Shown: positions 33,300 to 46,700 of the stretch, in pieces
How positions within the stretch are numbered: the stretch's first letter is position 1
Layout: each line of letters opens with the position of its first letter
Source of the DNA: Amoebophrya sp. A120
Lineage: Eukaryota > Protista > Dinoflagellata
Reading direction: 5' to 3'
DNA: 64,000 bases
Assembly: GCA_905178155.1 (NCBI GenBank)
Contig: CAJINV010000001.1
Span: 9,693,865 to 9,757,864 of the forward strand
Program-made: the position numbers and the translations under genes
Notes under the pieces: generated by a model
The model's database searches: none
The model's input: only the letters and a program-made list of their open reading frames with translations
What the model was told of the DNA's origin: nothing

Positions 33300-35180
33300 T
33301 AGGCAAAGGAGTCGGCCCGTGCGATGACACGGCAGGGCCAAATCTCCGCGCCACAAACACGGGGCGAAAATAAGTCCGCCACGCTTTGGCCCCGCCCGCG
33401 GCTCCCGACTGCCCCAAGGGGAACTGATGTGGGCGCCCCCCCCGGAACGAAAACAACACGCCGGGGGGCTGCGTAGTCTGCCGGCGGCGCCGGTGCGTGG
33501 ACCGGCCGCCCCAGGTAGACCCAAGCAAGCGGCCGGCGCGGCACAATGAGTTGCTTCGCCACGACGAGGCACATCGCGGGGCGCCCACGTATGAATATCC
33601 ACGCAACCCGTAGGCGCGCCGGCGCGCGCAACAACAAACCGCCCCCAAGTCGCGCGCGCGCGCACTTTCGTCAGCGCTCGGGCTGGTAGGCTGATGACGA
33701 GCCAGAAGCCAGGCGGAGCGGCGCGGCCCGTCGCCGACGTTTCGGCCGCGGCACTTGGCCCATGTTTGGCTCCTGTTGTTTCGGCCGCGGGCGGTAGCGG
33801 TCGTAGTTTCCCATGCCCCCCTTTCGTCGGGCCCGGGGGCTGGCGAATGATCACCACCCCGAGACGACGACGAAGCAAGCGCCATCGCGCCACCGGTGGG
33901 CGCAGGTCGCGGCGTTCGGCGGCAGACGCGCCGGCGCAGCCGTTCTCCTCGCGGATTTCGTCGGCATTCTCAACGTCGAACGCCCCTGCTGCCCTTTTCC
34001 GCAAAACGGTGCCCGAAAAGGAGCGCGAGCATCGTCGTGGGCGTCGCCCCCCCAGGTGCAGCCTTCGAGATCGAGATCGGGCCAAGCGCTCTCGGCCGGA
34101 AGTTCTAGCGCGGGGGCTTAGGAGGTTTTTTACCCGATAGCGGCGCGCGGGCGGCCACATGCGGCAGCCCATAGCCCCGCGAAGTGGCAACCATAGCAGA
34201 AACCACTCCCGCCGGGGCATCGGGCGCCCTTGCCCGCGCTCGTGCGCTTGCGCGCTGTCTTTTCGATGGGGTGCAGGAGGTGCGCGCCCCCGAATCGCAA
34301 CCGTCCGCCAGCATGCCCCAAAAAGCAAGCTGGCCCCGATCTTGGCGCTTTGTTTTGGCCATTGCCTGCGCCGTTTCCCGGGAGCGAACTCCGAGCCCCG
34401 GGCCGGCCCAAGATACCCAGGCGCCCTACCAGCGCGCGGCGCGCCGGGCCACAATCAACCCAAGGCGCCAAGGCGCCTCCGAAGCCCGGGCCGCAGCTTC
34501 TCGCCCCCCTGGCTACAGCGCCACCCGCGGCGGGCTTCTTTGAACGTTGTGGGCCCGCACCCCGGCGCGCCATTATGTTCTACTAGTTCGCGCCCGCCGC
34601 CGCGCCCGGCTTCTTTGTTTCGCAGAGCGCACTTGTAGAGGCCAAAGCTGTCGCCCAGGCTCCTGCTTTTCGGCTTTAGCACCTGGCCGGCGTCCACCCG
34701 GCACATCGTCCCGCGCCCAGAATGCCCGCACCCTGGAGCCTCTCCGTCCAAGAAAAGCGGAAAAAGCCCGCCTCTGGCTCCGGTCGCAGCCCGGCTCCTC
34801 GCAGCTCTGTGTGCGGCAGCGTCCATCTTCCCCGCCAGTCCACCGCTCCGCCCAACTATGGCGATGCTGTCGCTGATTTTCGCTATGCGGTCTGCCAGGT
34901 GCCCCCCCTTGGTTCCGTCCGAGTTGCGGCCGGCGGCGTTGGGAAAAACTCGGGCGGCACGTTTTCCATGCCGTCCATACAGTGCCCCCGCCACAATCGC
35001 GAACAATCGCACCGAGACGGGCCCGCGAACCGGCACTGGGCCAAGCGCGGCAATGAAGGCCAGAAGGAGAGCGGCGCCACGCCCACAATCTTCGCAGGCG
35101 GGTCGCACGCATCGCCCCGGGCCGCGAAGCGGTTGCGGCGCGGGCGCTTTTGCGCGTCCCGTCCTTCATCTGTCTGATAA
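33300..35180. other. GC/CpG-rich intergenic block, probable dispersed repeat
   Basis: Abrupt rise in GC, with spurious Arg/Gly/Ala/Pro ORFs on both strands and no recognisable domain. Confidence 0.55.
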
Positions 35181-35421
35181 GATAGAGTCAAGAATACGAA
35201 ACGCGAAACATTCCAGCTTCGCGTTGCCTCAAACAGAGCGCTTGGTCAGAGGTGCGCGTCTGTTTCGCCGCGAACATGAAGTAAGTAGTATCAAGCAAGT
35301 AAGCGCTCATCGCGCTGACACAGATTCGCGCTAGCCGTTCATTTTTTCTTTCTGGGTCTGGCTCTGCATTCGCCTTTGCTTTTGGTTTTGCATGCTAACG
35401 CTGCATCTTTCCATATACGCA

Positions 35422-38400
35422 TCAAGCAGCTTGTTCTGTCCTTACTGCAAGGATATCAGCCATTTTCGCAGCAGAGTACTGCGGTCGAGACATGGTCTCT
35501 GTGTGCACAGCAAATCCGTACTCTGCTATTCTTTCCTTTATTTCCCGCACGCAATCCTTGTGATTGTGAATACTGCACCATGGCACAATGTGTATATGCA
35601 ACCACTTTACAGTGAAGGGACTGGTCAAACTCAAGCTACCTAACATGCCCCGCACCACCTCATCATCGGCGCCCGACACCTTGATGCGAATTGCGACGGT
35701 TCGGGGAGTCGTAGTAGATCCTTCCATCAAACTCTGCGGTACAACTTGTCCGAAAAAGCGAGCCAGGAGGGCATCGACAGTGACAAAACTCGTATCGCAG
35801 CCGACAGTCTTTGAGCTTGCATCTCCACTGGGATCGCAGGGCTCCCACGCAGCAGCAGTGAGTGCGTTTGGGCCAGCGCTTCCTGTTCCCGAATCCGTAC
35901 GGCGAAAGAAACCGTTTTTATCTGACACAAAATGTGCTTCCGAGTGCAACACGTAGTCTTTGTCGTCTTTTCTTGCCTCTTCCTCATCAGCACTCGGCGC
36001 CGCACTGGGTTTCGCAAAGTGTTTCATACCACCCTCCGCTCGGAGCGCCCGGAAGGTCTTCTGCAGCGCTTGGATGGCTGCGCTGCTGCCGTCCACGTTG
36101 AAAACGCCCCGCTTTGCTAAACGAAGGTATGCAGCTGACGCCACACAGTCGCCAAAATACCCGCCCACTTCGAAGAAGAAATCCACCGGAAATTTCTGCA
36201 GCGCCTCCAGGATCGCCACGGGACAATCCACCACCTGCAGCTTGCGCACGTGGTCGGCGATCAGATCTCGCTCTTGCAGCACGTAGAAGGCGGGGAGCAC
36301 TCCTGAGAACTCCTTCTTTGGCTGTGTGTGCCGGTATGGGAGGGTGATGTTTGCATTCGGAATCTTGACGTTCTGCATCCTGACGGCCCGAAAGCTGTTG
36401 TCCAAGAACGGAAAGATCGGTGTTTCGAGCAAAGCGACAAACTTCGGACTGTGTCGAGAAGAGCTCAGCGCGTGTTGGTGGTGACCACGAATGCCGTGGG
36501 TGTCGTTCACGATAAAAGAACCAGCTGCGGTCGTTCGATCTGCCTCCTGAAATTCTAAATCTGGAGCGATGGCACCTAGTTCCTCTAGCAACGACGCCGG
36601 CGTGTCTGCGTCCAGATTGGGGGAAATCGGCGCTCCCTTGCTGCCGGCGACGAAAACTTCGAGCAAACGCAACACGATATTTCCCGCTTGCTGCACAGCG
36701 GCGTCTTCGGCTTTCGGCTCAAGCACGTCGCTAGTTGCTGCATTGGACACAGCGGACAGTAGCCGTTCGTGGACAAAGTGTAGGAACAAACCGACGTCCT
36801 CGATGCTCCTTCTTTCTCGTTTTTCTAGTTCAGAGTCATCTGTCGAGACCGCTGCTTCTGCAGGAGCGTTCGCACCCAGCCGGAGCGCTGGAAAAACCAT
36901 GTCCACTGCAGCCTCACCGATGTGCTGCGCAGCTGCAGACCGAATTGCGGCGACATCGGGTTCCGCCAGGGCCAACGGCTCGCGAAGGACGAAAGCTTTC
37001 CAGTGCTGCTGCAGTCGCGCGGAACCACCGTCCAAGCGTTTGCAGCTATCCCTTATGTGTTCTTCGAGACCCCAGTCGCTTTTCGCTTTTTCTATCGCCT
37101 CTTCTGTCGGTGCCCGCGCACACACATCGTAGTTGATGAACCGCGCTTGGCGCAGGATCTCCCGGACGCTGTCCGGATACCCGTCCAGTAGCGCCCACTC
37201 CGGCGTCTCGATGAACTGGGACCATTGAATGGTTTCCGTCGGCGCGTCTTGCACATTGTAATCCGAGCGCCCGGCCATGCTGCGACTCTCCCAGGCCGCG
37301 AACTGGGCGCCCTTGTAGCGTCGCTGATTTCTGGATTGCGTGCGCTGCTCCTTGGCGACTCTTTCTTCCGTAGCGGCTGCAACCTTTTTCAGATCGATGT
37401 CCAGAATCGAAGCCAACAGGCAGCGGCGGAACCTTCTTTGCCTCTTCCGCTTTGCGATGTGGGCCAGACTTGCGAACAGCGGACGCAGCAGCAAGGGCGA
37501 GAGTCCACGGACCGGGGAAAACTGGACGAGCGGAAGCTTCCCCTCGTTGCCAGCGCTGCTTTGCGGTGGAAACAGCATAAAGTACTGCATGTGGTGCTGG
37601 TGGTACATCCGCTTTTGCACTTTCTCTAATTTTCCCAAATCATTCATGTGGGCGTGCAACCTGGTAAGCAAGAAAATCTTCAATGCGATTTTCTCCATGT
37701 AGGACACGACCGCGCCTTCGTCCAAACTTCTGTAGTTCCGTTCCCTGGTCAGCTCGTAAAACCCGTGTCCGAGGAAGATAAAGGGTAGGTGTTTTGCCAA
37801 CAAGAGCAAAACGCTCTCGATCACGTTCCAGCACACACCATCGGTCAACAGTGCGAGATGCGCGTCGGCGCCGAGCTGTTTCTCCACCACCGAAACGTCG
37901 CGCATGCGCGGGTCGGTCGGCGACAGTCGGGATTTTCGCTGCGACGATTCCAGATCCTGCGACAACAGTTCCATCATGGACGGGCACTGCATGTTCGTCC
38001 AGGCGGTTAACGGCGACAACCTTTTCAAGTGCTGCACGAATTCCAGCCGCCAGTCCGCGGACACACCATCGATTTCGTCGTCCGCCGTGTCGCGGTGCCA
38101 GATGAACACCTCGTCCTCCGCCGGCTCGCAAATCTGCTTCCGCATGGCCCGCTTTTCGCCGGCCTCCGTGTAGTAAAACTCTGAGTTCGTGTTCACGACG
38201 GTTGCCGCGTTGCTCGTGTAGGTAAGAAACTCCGTCGCCTGCGCCTGCAGGTCCGAAGAAACGCCGCCCGTTTGCCCGTCTACGTACATGTTCTGCGACG
38301 GGATCGTGCTGTCCATCACACAGCGCATATACTCCGCGCTGTTGACCACCTCGCCGGCCGTCAATTTCGCCTCCAGCCGAATCCGCCGCTCCCTAGCCTT

Positions 38401-38957
38401 GACCCGTTGCAGCTCCTGGCGCATCACGCCGCGGTAGTACGCGAAGTGGTCGGCGTGGAGGAGGTTTGTCCACCGCCGCATCAAAGCGAAGTCGTCTTCG
38501 GGTTCTTCGCGCCCAGTCCGGACGTAATAATAGTCCGGGTCGTCTCTGTGTTTGGATGGGAAAAGGTTTGGGAGAAGCTGCAGTCGACGAATCTTTTTAA
38601 TTCATGCATCGCGCTATCACGAAAAGAGCTTGTACGTCTCCACCAGATTCAAAATTGAGTTCGCAAAATCTAACATAGTACTGTAGCAGTCTGGTTGTAG
38701 TACTTCCAGAGTTCCTCTGCCGCGAGCAAGGGATCGTTGTACAGTCCCGACCCCATCACCATGTCGCGAAACAGTACGTCTTCAAACTGCAGGTAGCTGA
38801 AAAGCGGTCGCTCAGAGAGCATATGCGCCAGGCTGTCGCAGTTGAAGATCCGACCCGCCCAAAGGTCGGTGATATCCTTCGGGTCGTAATTGGACGCGAC
38901 CGCGACCAAAATCACCCTGGCCAGGTCGGAGAGAAGCAAATTCAGAACTACCTTCAT
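35422..38957 (-). CDS. Large protein with C-terminal FkbM-like SAM-dependent methyltransferase domain; 5' end uncertain
   Basis: FFEVGGYFGD (motif I), VFNVDG, VTVDALL, IRIKVSGADDEVVRGM resemble the FkbM pattern. A probable GT-AG intron at ~38578-38681 joins ORF 38670..38957. Confidence 0.7.
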
Positions 38958-39306
38958 CTTTTTCGTGTGGACGAGACGACCTTTTGCAGGTGCCAGTCCG
39001 TTTTACTTATACTTGGGTGCTTTGAAAAACCACATCCAGAAGACAACAAGAACCGCCGCGCCGACCGCCGTTTCGGCCTCATTTTGCGAAGAAAAATGTA
39101 CTTGAGACCGAAGGGCGCGCGATTTATAGCAAATACATCGTAAGTCTTTATTAGCGCTAGCACATCCATGCAAAGCCAGTTGCCTTTGAACACTGATTCT
39201 TTTTCTTTTCCCTGTGCAATAGCGACCGCAAGTGCGATGTTTTTTCTTGCGTTTCATGATAAGCGTGCATCTGGCATTGCTGGCTTTCTCGAAACAGCGT
39301 CAGTTG

Positions 39307-41091
39307 TCAAAGTATTTCAAAGAGAGGAAATCCTCCAGTGTAGACTGAAATCCGTGCGAGTTCACTCGCGTTCTTTCCTGCTCCCTTAGGTCTAGCACTT
39401 CCTCCACTCACATTGCTGGCGGGAAGACCGATTGGTCTTGTCGCGGTCGCGATTGAAGAGTCAGCACTGCCGATAACCAAAGAGCTGCTATTCTGTCGGC
39501 TCCCTTTTGCTGCTTGGTCCTCGACGTCCCCTGCCAGCTCGCTTTCTTTCGCCTGCCTCTTCGGTGAGGGAAGTGCCTCCATTTCCGCAGCATCAGCCGC
39601 TGAATCTGAATTCTCTTGCTTCGCAACATGAAGCAGAAACGCATAGAGAAAAACGCAAGTCCCAGCTAGTCCCTCGTACAGGGACCACGGATGATCGCAC
39701 CACTTTCGGTCCAAAGCTTCGCAGTGCAGCACCCACTGCCGCACCTTCGCACAGTAGTGCCGTGCGTACTTCAGCCATCGCTTGTCATCCGGAAAAGCGC
39801 GGCTCAGTGCCAAAAACACAAATCCGTTGCCGGCCGTTCCGTGGCACAAACCTACACCCTTCTTCAGTACTCCGTGGCGAAAGACAAACTCACCCAGGGC
39901 GAGCGCCTCCTCCATGTATCGTGCGGAGCGCTGGCCGAACGTCCGGTGCGCCTCGAGGAGGAGGTAAACAAAACCCGGTGCACCGTGGCAGAAGTGAACG
40001 AGGTGATTTTCACCCTCCTCCGGGCGGTCCGCTCGATTGTGGCTCTTCGGCGAAAAATACTCCTGCTCCCATGTAGCCGGGTAGTTGCCGTTGCTAGTTA
40101 ACTTGCAGTGGTCGAGTAACCAATTGATAGAGCGCTCTAAATCCTCCAGATCGTGTTTGCTCGGAAGGAATGCGGCCTCAATTCGATGCGCGCACAAAAG
40201 AGCGTAGTAGATCCCGCACAGGCCGTGCGCAGCCCCGATGTAATTCTCGTCGCACCATCGGTACCCGAGAACGGGGTCGCGCCGCAGTTGCTGCGACAGC
40301 TGTCTCCCGGAGCTCAGAATGCTTCGCACCGTGCGCCGAATGGCATCATCGATCGTTGGCAGTTCGCCTTGCATCCATGGCGTCAGAGCACCAGCCTGCT
40401 GTGTCAGCTGGCCTCCAGCATCTTCAGCCATCCACTGCCTTACCGACAGTAGTCCGAGTAAATATCCGGATCTTCCGTACAGCCATTCATCCGCATCGCA
40501 ATACTCATTCGAAATCGCGCACAGATCCCGAAATATTTGTTGCTGGTCAAAAATGGCCGACCCTTCGTTTGCAGATCCAAATTCTCTGCACCAGGCTAAT
40601 TGCGCCAGCAGAACCCCTGCGTGGCCACACATGATAGACGTGCGGACCTCGGGATGCCGTGGGCGCTCTGTGCGGCGCGACCACGGAGCGGTGAGGTCCT
40701 CCGTCTCTATTCCACCACTGCCACGGCTGCGGGAACTACGGTCGCTCTGTGGGTTCTGCAAATACCACCAGCTCTGGTTTCGGCGTTCGCTGGAGTCAAA
40801 GTTGGCCTGTGCAGCGAGTGGCGTATTGCCGGTTTCGATAAGTCTACGCTTGGAAGCACCGCAGAAAGTCATGGCTACACTGATCCCCGGTCCTCCCACG
40901 TAAACACTCTCATCGCAGTTTCCGTGATGCCGATGCTCCCATCCGGCCTGCTCATACTGTTCAACAAGGGTCAAAATGTCTGTGTCGCTGAGTTGTAAGA
41001 GCTGCTGCGCGTCACCCTGCACCTCGGCACATCGCCTTTCCACGCGCTGGAATGGGTCCGGACCCCTCGAGCTGCGGGATGAGCCGGGCAT
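39307..41091 (-). CDS. LANCL: LanC-like protein (eukaryotic LANCL family)
   Basis: DEWLYGRSGYL, YIGAAHGLCGI, HFCHGAPG, GLCHGTAGN, SLYEGLAG. Confidence 0.93.
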   Translation of the reverse strand: MPGSSRSSRGPDPFQRVERRCAEVQGDAQQLLQLSDTDILTLVEQYEQAGWEHRHHGNCDESVYVGGPGISVAMTFCGASKRRLIETGNTPLAAQANFDSSERRNQSWWYLQNPQSDRSSRSRGSGGIETEDLTAPWSRRTERPRHPEVRTSIMCGHAGVLLAQLAWCREFGSANEGSAIFDQQQIFRDLCAISNEYCDADEWLYGRSGYLLGLLSVRQWMAEDAGGQLTQQAGALTPWMQGELPTIDDAIRRTVRSILSSGRQLSQQLRRDPVLGYRWCDENYIGAAHGLCGIYYALLCAHRIEAAFLPSKHDLEDLERSINWLLDHCKLTSNGNYPATWEQEYFSPKSHNRADRPEEGENHLVHFCHGAPGFVYLLLEAHRTFGQRSARYMEEALALGEFVFRHGVLKKGVGLCHGTAGNGFVFLALSRAFPDDKRWLKYARHYCAKVRQWVLHCEALDRKWCDHPWSLYEGLAGTCVFLYAFLLHVAKQENSDSAADAAEMEALPSPKRQAKESELAGDVEDQAAKGSRQNSSSLVIGSADSSIATATRPIGLPASNVSGGSARPKGAGKNASELARISVYTGGFPLFEIL

Positions 41092-41454
41092 GGTTATTTC
41101 TTTAGTCCGTTGTAATGCGTTTCCGGTTCAAGTACTCGGGACGCCCCATCTTTTTCCCAAGTACGCTAACGCAGCAGGATGAAGTGCCAGCGCCCAGGCT
41201 AGAAATTCCATCAGCTGCTAATTAAGACCTGTTTGAATATTTCTAAAAAAAGCGGCTGCAACCGTTACCAAGGAAGAAAGAAATGCGCCCAAGATACGAA
41301 CCCCGTCAAGACCTGCCAGCAGACTTCGTTTCATTTCTTGCAGAAGAACCAAAGTGGCGGTCTACGTTCTCTTCGCATCAACAAAATGCACAACAATAGC
41401 AATACTAGAACCCAACCAATGAACACTGGCAATGAACAAAATCGAACAAAAAGA

Positions 41455-43040
41455 TGGAGCCCGTGGGCGCCACGGATGTGCCCTCGCCCTCGTCAAGCTG
41501 AGGCATTTACTGCTTTCCCGGGCGGCATGGTACCACCCCCCCCCCCGCCTGTCCGCCCGGTGCGGCACAAATGCCGCCTCGCCGGCAGCGCGGCAACAAA
41601 AGAGCAACGCACAGTGCGCTACACTGCTCACGAAGGCCGGGGCGCCTGCGGGGTGCGCGCCCCCACACGCAGGCAGGGAGACAGGGTGGCGAGCATTCGA
41701 TTCTGCCTGGAGCCGGCGGCCAGCCCGAACCCCACCGGGGGGTGGAACACTGACGGCGGGCACGCCGCCACCCCAAACGAAGCAACGCAATTCCTCCGGG
41801 CGGGCGCTCCCCGTGCCACACGAAGCAAAGCGCACAAACAAAGCGCACCCAGACACACCCGGGGGGGGCGGCGCGGCAAATGGCTTCCGGGCCTGGGCGC
41901 AGCCGCCCGATGAGCCTACTGCGCACAAAGGAAAACAAACAGGGGGGCCGGCGGGCCGGCCCTTTGGATGGTCACGGGCCGACCGGTTTCTTGTTGATGG
42001 CCTTAAGCTCTTCCAAACCCCCGGCGGCCCGGCTGCCGGCGTCGCGAATCCGCTTCAAGCGGTTCGCGGCTACTAGCCCCGCGCGCACCCGCCCCCGCGC
42101 AGGCGGGCGCGGCATGTGCGTAGCGCCGCCGAAGTAACACGCCAACCGGCCCGCGCAGGGCCCTAGGTAGGCACTGAACGGCCAGGCGAGCAACCCAGGG
42201 CGCCGGCTGCGGAAAAAAGACGCGCGCCCGCGCTTCCTCTCGGCCGGACGCCCCGCGGGTCCGCGAAGGCGCCGGGCATGCGGGCGAACAGGATGCGCGG
42301 CCTTTGACACCCCTCAAACGGGGCCCGCCGATATACTAAAGGCGCGCGGCGCGTCGCAGGGTACATAATCCGGCGACGCCGGCCAATTCGCCGCATACGA
42401 GCGCCATCATCCACAGCTCCAAACTGCCACACGCTAGCGAGGGGCTTTCACCTGCTTCCTCAGGATGGGGCTGGGGATGCCCACCCGGGGCCCATCGCAC
42501 TTGTATCGCCAGGGCGTGCGCGGCGTCCCACTTCCCGTCGGTCAAAAACCTGCTGGCCAAAACCTGTCTGGCATTCATACGCGGCGAACCGGCTGCCGCG
42601 GCCTCAGCTCTTCCATGGCTTGTTCGCAACAACTTGCCCCCCCGTGCGGGCGCGCACAAACACGGGCGGGGCGGGTGCGTCGCGTCGTCGAGGTATCCAG
42701 CTGGCTCGCGCAAAAGCCCAGGCCGGCGCCTGCGCTTCAGACCAATTCGCGGCCCGAGCCCGCGCGGGCGCCACCTGAGCGCCGGCCCGGCAAAGCTCTG
42801 CGCCGCTGGCCAAGTGCCTGGCTGCGCCGGCGCCCCGTGGCAGGCGCGGCCCAGATCGCCCAGCAGGGTCAGCGCCACGACTATCGTGGTAGGGTCGCCA
42901 CAACGTCCGCCGGCACTTCCCTTGTCTAAGCGGCGCGAGCAATTACGCGAATGGACATGTTGAGACAACGGGACGCACTCCAACGTCGTCCACGTCTTCC
43001 CATTGAAAGACCACACGCATCGGAAAAGCTCCTCTTCCGG
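41455..43040. other. Second GC/CpG-rich intergenic block, probable dispersed repeat
   Basis: Same compositional signature as 33300-35180, with C/G homopolymer runs and no credible ORF. Confidence 0.55.
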
Positions 43041-43727
43041 AGCCAACCAACACAGGACAAGAGAACAACGCGCGTTGTTTCTAACCTCTGTGTACCTACT
43101 TTCCCTCCTCTGTATACACCTTCACCACCATGGTTCGAAGGAATTGATTTTTTGTGCTCGACGGAGCGATTTTTTTATCTATCGAGTCAGTTTTTGCAAT
43201 TCGCAGTCAAAGACCTGTTCTTTTCGCAGACAACAAAAATTGATTTGACCAGTACCTGATCTCATGCATCTCCAGGTGTGGTGCATTGATAGTACTTCTC
43301 GAAAGACAATGCGAGAAACATCATTCTGGAAAGAATGCTTCATTTAGAAAAAACGGAAAGCAAAATAACCTCGAAATTCCATCAAATACACTTCCTATGC
43401 TCTGGGCCCATAGATGCGAATGCGCCTAAAGGGGTATACGAAGCGTCAATACTTTCATTCTCCACGTGGCCGTCGCTGTATTCTAGAAAATAGAGATAGA
43501 GATACGAGATAGCACCATCAACAACCAGTGGAAGATTTGAAAAGGGCTACTGCTCTTCAACCACTCCGGATAATATCGTTAAGTCAGTAACAAAGTATTT
43601 CGAACTGATCAACCTGATAACTCGTACATTGAGGTCCAGTCTTCTCGTACATTGGAATTGTGACACGAAAATCGTTCATTTGAAAAACAAAATTTTCTGC
43701 TTGGAGCAGCAACATTTGCAAAATCCA

Positions 43728-46700
43728 CTAATCCGACCCGTCGGAATCGTCCATGTACTCTCCTTTCTCCTTCTCATCCTCATCGTCTATCAGCATGTCG
43801 TCCATACCATCGGAGAGAATGTTACTCACGCTGGTATCCGTGGCCAAGACGCGGCAAAGCACGACGCTAAATCCCCCGGCCAGGAAGATCACGAGCAACG
43901 ACGCAGCCCCGATCTTCAAAAGCGTTTTGCGATTGGCATCGGCGTCGTCGGCGTTGTTGTTATTGTTTTGCTCCTGCTCCTCTTGGCTATTGTTGCTCCC
44001 CTCATCTGACCCTTCGGGCCGGCCGGAAAGCTTCTGTACCAAACTGACTTTTCTGCTCTTTTCGCCGTCGTCATCCGGCGAACCGGCGGCCCCTATGAAT
44101 AAATTGATTAGACTCACAAGAATGAATTGTAGCAAATTCGAGGTATACGCTGTTTCGCATGCAGCGTAGCATTTTTCTTCGACGAAATGTAGAAGAGGAG
44201 CAAACCACAGAACAGTTTCTACCGCCAAGGTTGATGCTGCGCGAATTGACTCCAGTAGGTGATGGTGGCTCATCGAAGGCGTCCAGCGTCTCCGTACTGG
44301 AGGTCAGCGATTCCGTGTCAGTTCTGTCATCTGAAGTCGTAGATGGAGCAATAAGGTTTTTGCGCGCGCGCGTGCCACCCGCACAAAGTCATAAATTGGA
44401 TTTCTGTGCGTGTCACCATCAAAGAATCTATCCGTATTTGCTCATTAGCACAAAAAGAACAATATTTTTCGCCAAAACTTACCGCCGTTTGAACTTGAAG
44501 AACTGGATACTGCCGCTGATCCTTCGCTGTCTCCCCCTGATACTCCGGATGCACTGGCGGACGACCCACCTGACGGCGAACCTGTTCCGCTGCTACTTGC
44601 GTTTGCAGCTGCAGCACCCGAGGTCGACGAGGAAGATGTGCCGGACGATGAACCACTGCTCGATGAGCCTGTCGTCGTCGACTCAGCCGCGTCAGCATCG
44701 TCTGTACGAGGTTCGTGAGCAGTAGTAAAGTTAGCAACTTCTGCGCACTCTCAAAAATACCAGTACCTTTCGGGCACATATCATCCTGATCCACAACTCG
44801 AAGAGGCAAACAAGAAATGGATGCTGCAGGAGCTCATAAACCACCAAAAAACTCGATTCCTATACCCTTCCACCCATCTGGCTTTGGTGCCGGCCCGTAC
44901 TCAACTGATTTCTCCTCGCTGTCAGCTTGTTCCTGCTTCACGACCGGCAAGTGTGGACCGTAGAACGGCAAGGCCGCCCCTGTGTTGCTGCTGCTACTCT
45001 TGATATCCTCAATCGCTTTGATGGGCACCGGAAATCGCAAGATGGACTTCGCGGCGTTGAAGACGTTTACTTTCGCCCCTTGCCGCTGTCCCGCAGCTGC
45101 GTTTGCCAGCTGTGGAAGCACAAAAGGCAGTAACTTCAAGAAAAAGTCGTAGTTGGCCGCTGCCCTGCGGTTTCCGACAACCCCGAGGGTGTCATCCTCC
45201 GTCCTGTGCACGAATTTCACGAACTTCGTCAAGATCTCCTTCTGCTGCGCTAGCGCGAAAAAGCCACGAAGCAGCTTTTCGTTCTGGTCCTGCAAGGTGA
45301 TCGCCCGCAAGGGGTGCGATTCAAGTCTTTTGCGCGCCATCAGAGCCAGGGACTGCGGACCTGGGGTCTGCTTGAGCAGAACAAGGGGCTTGTTAGATGT
45401 TGTTGACGTAGTACTAGCTGAAAGAAATTGCGACGACATTTGCGACGTCGAAGAAGATGCGCCACTAGAAGACGCCGATGAAGAGCTAGAAGATGAACTG
45501 CTGGAACTTCCACTGGCGGCGTCTTTTGCAGAGTCAAAAGTTGGCTCTTCTCTGTCCTTGACTGCGTTGAAATCGTTTGCGAACATCAAGGCACTCACCA
45601 AAGATTCCCACCGCTGCTTCGCGCCCGAGGACGGTTCCTCGGCTTCCTGCTCCAGGAGCGCACGCACCAAAGCGTTCCAGCGCGATGCCTTTTCGTACTT
45701 CTTCTGGGCCAATTCCAGCGCGCGCTTGCGCTTCTGCTGCTTGCGCGCTGCCTTTGTAAAGCGCCCGAAGTTCGCGTGTCTGATGTTTGGATACAGAATG
45801 ACGGTCGCTCGGCGCAAAGAGCGTCAATGCAGCTGCGCTGCTTAGGCTTACCCGGACCACTCACGAGAGCAAGCGAATATTGAGTAAACATATAGCACTT
45901 TCTTCTACGTCTTTAGCCTTGTTTTCAAAAAAATCAAACTGAACCTCAAGAAAAAGAAGCGCAAATTATTAGTACGCAACATGGCGTTTGCTCCTGGTCG
46001 AGGAAGATGCCGCGTCTGCCGGCTCGTCGGCGAGGATGCTCAGTGTGGGCTGACTCAGCCAGTTGATCAAATCCTCCAAGCGCACGAAAGTGGCAACTGC
46101 CTGCAGGTTCTGTCGCGTGGACGGCACGTTCAGCTCGAGCATACCCTGGCGGCACACTGCCTGCTGCACGTTCTGGAGCGACGCGGCGCCCGCATCCCGC
46201 ACGCTATCGACGAAAGTGCGAACTCCATTTGCGGTCACCTCCGCGACCATGTTGCGGAAGTTTCTGTCGAATTTTTCGCAAATCTTCTACATTTTTTCAA
46301 AGCTCAATTGAGAGCCATGACATGTAATCACGCAGCTTTGTTTCTTTGTTTCATCTCTCTTCTTGTCACATACAAAACCAAACATCTCATCATACGCTGC
46401 ATTCGGGTCTGCCAGAGTGTCCTCATCTTCGTCGCCCGCATTCGGTGCTGGCGCGATCGTATCCGTGGACGGAGTCCGCAACTGCGCGAACGCGTCCCGA
46501 ATCTGCTCCGAGACGCGGCCGCTGACCACGTTCGACACTTCTTTGGCCTCGGTAAGCGCGTTGTTCAGTCGCACGGACACACCGGCGCCGAACTCTGAGA
46601 CTTCCGAACCAAAAAGCCGCGCGTCATCGACCACGGGAGTAACGAGATTCTTTTTCACCTCCTTCGCCCAGCCCTGCATTTTCTTACGCGCCACCTCCAT

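Noticed and set aside
33183-35334. Many overlapping ORFs of up to 423 aa on both strands
   Set aside because: Arg/Gly/Ala/Pro-rich products expected from stop-poor GC-rich DNA; no domains.
35350-35362. TCTGGGTCTGG matching the introner TIR core
   Set aside because: Only ~11 bp match, with no TATC end, partner repeat or TSD.
41233-43046. Overlapping ORFs in GC block 2
   Set aside because: Same compositional artefact.
44327-44809. 160-aa ORF as a separate gene
   Set aside because: An alternative frame gives a Ser/Gly-rich exon with proper AG and GT borders that fits the large membrane protein.
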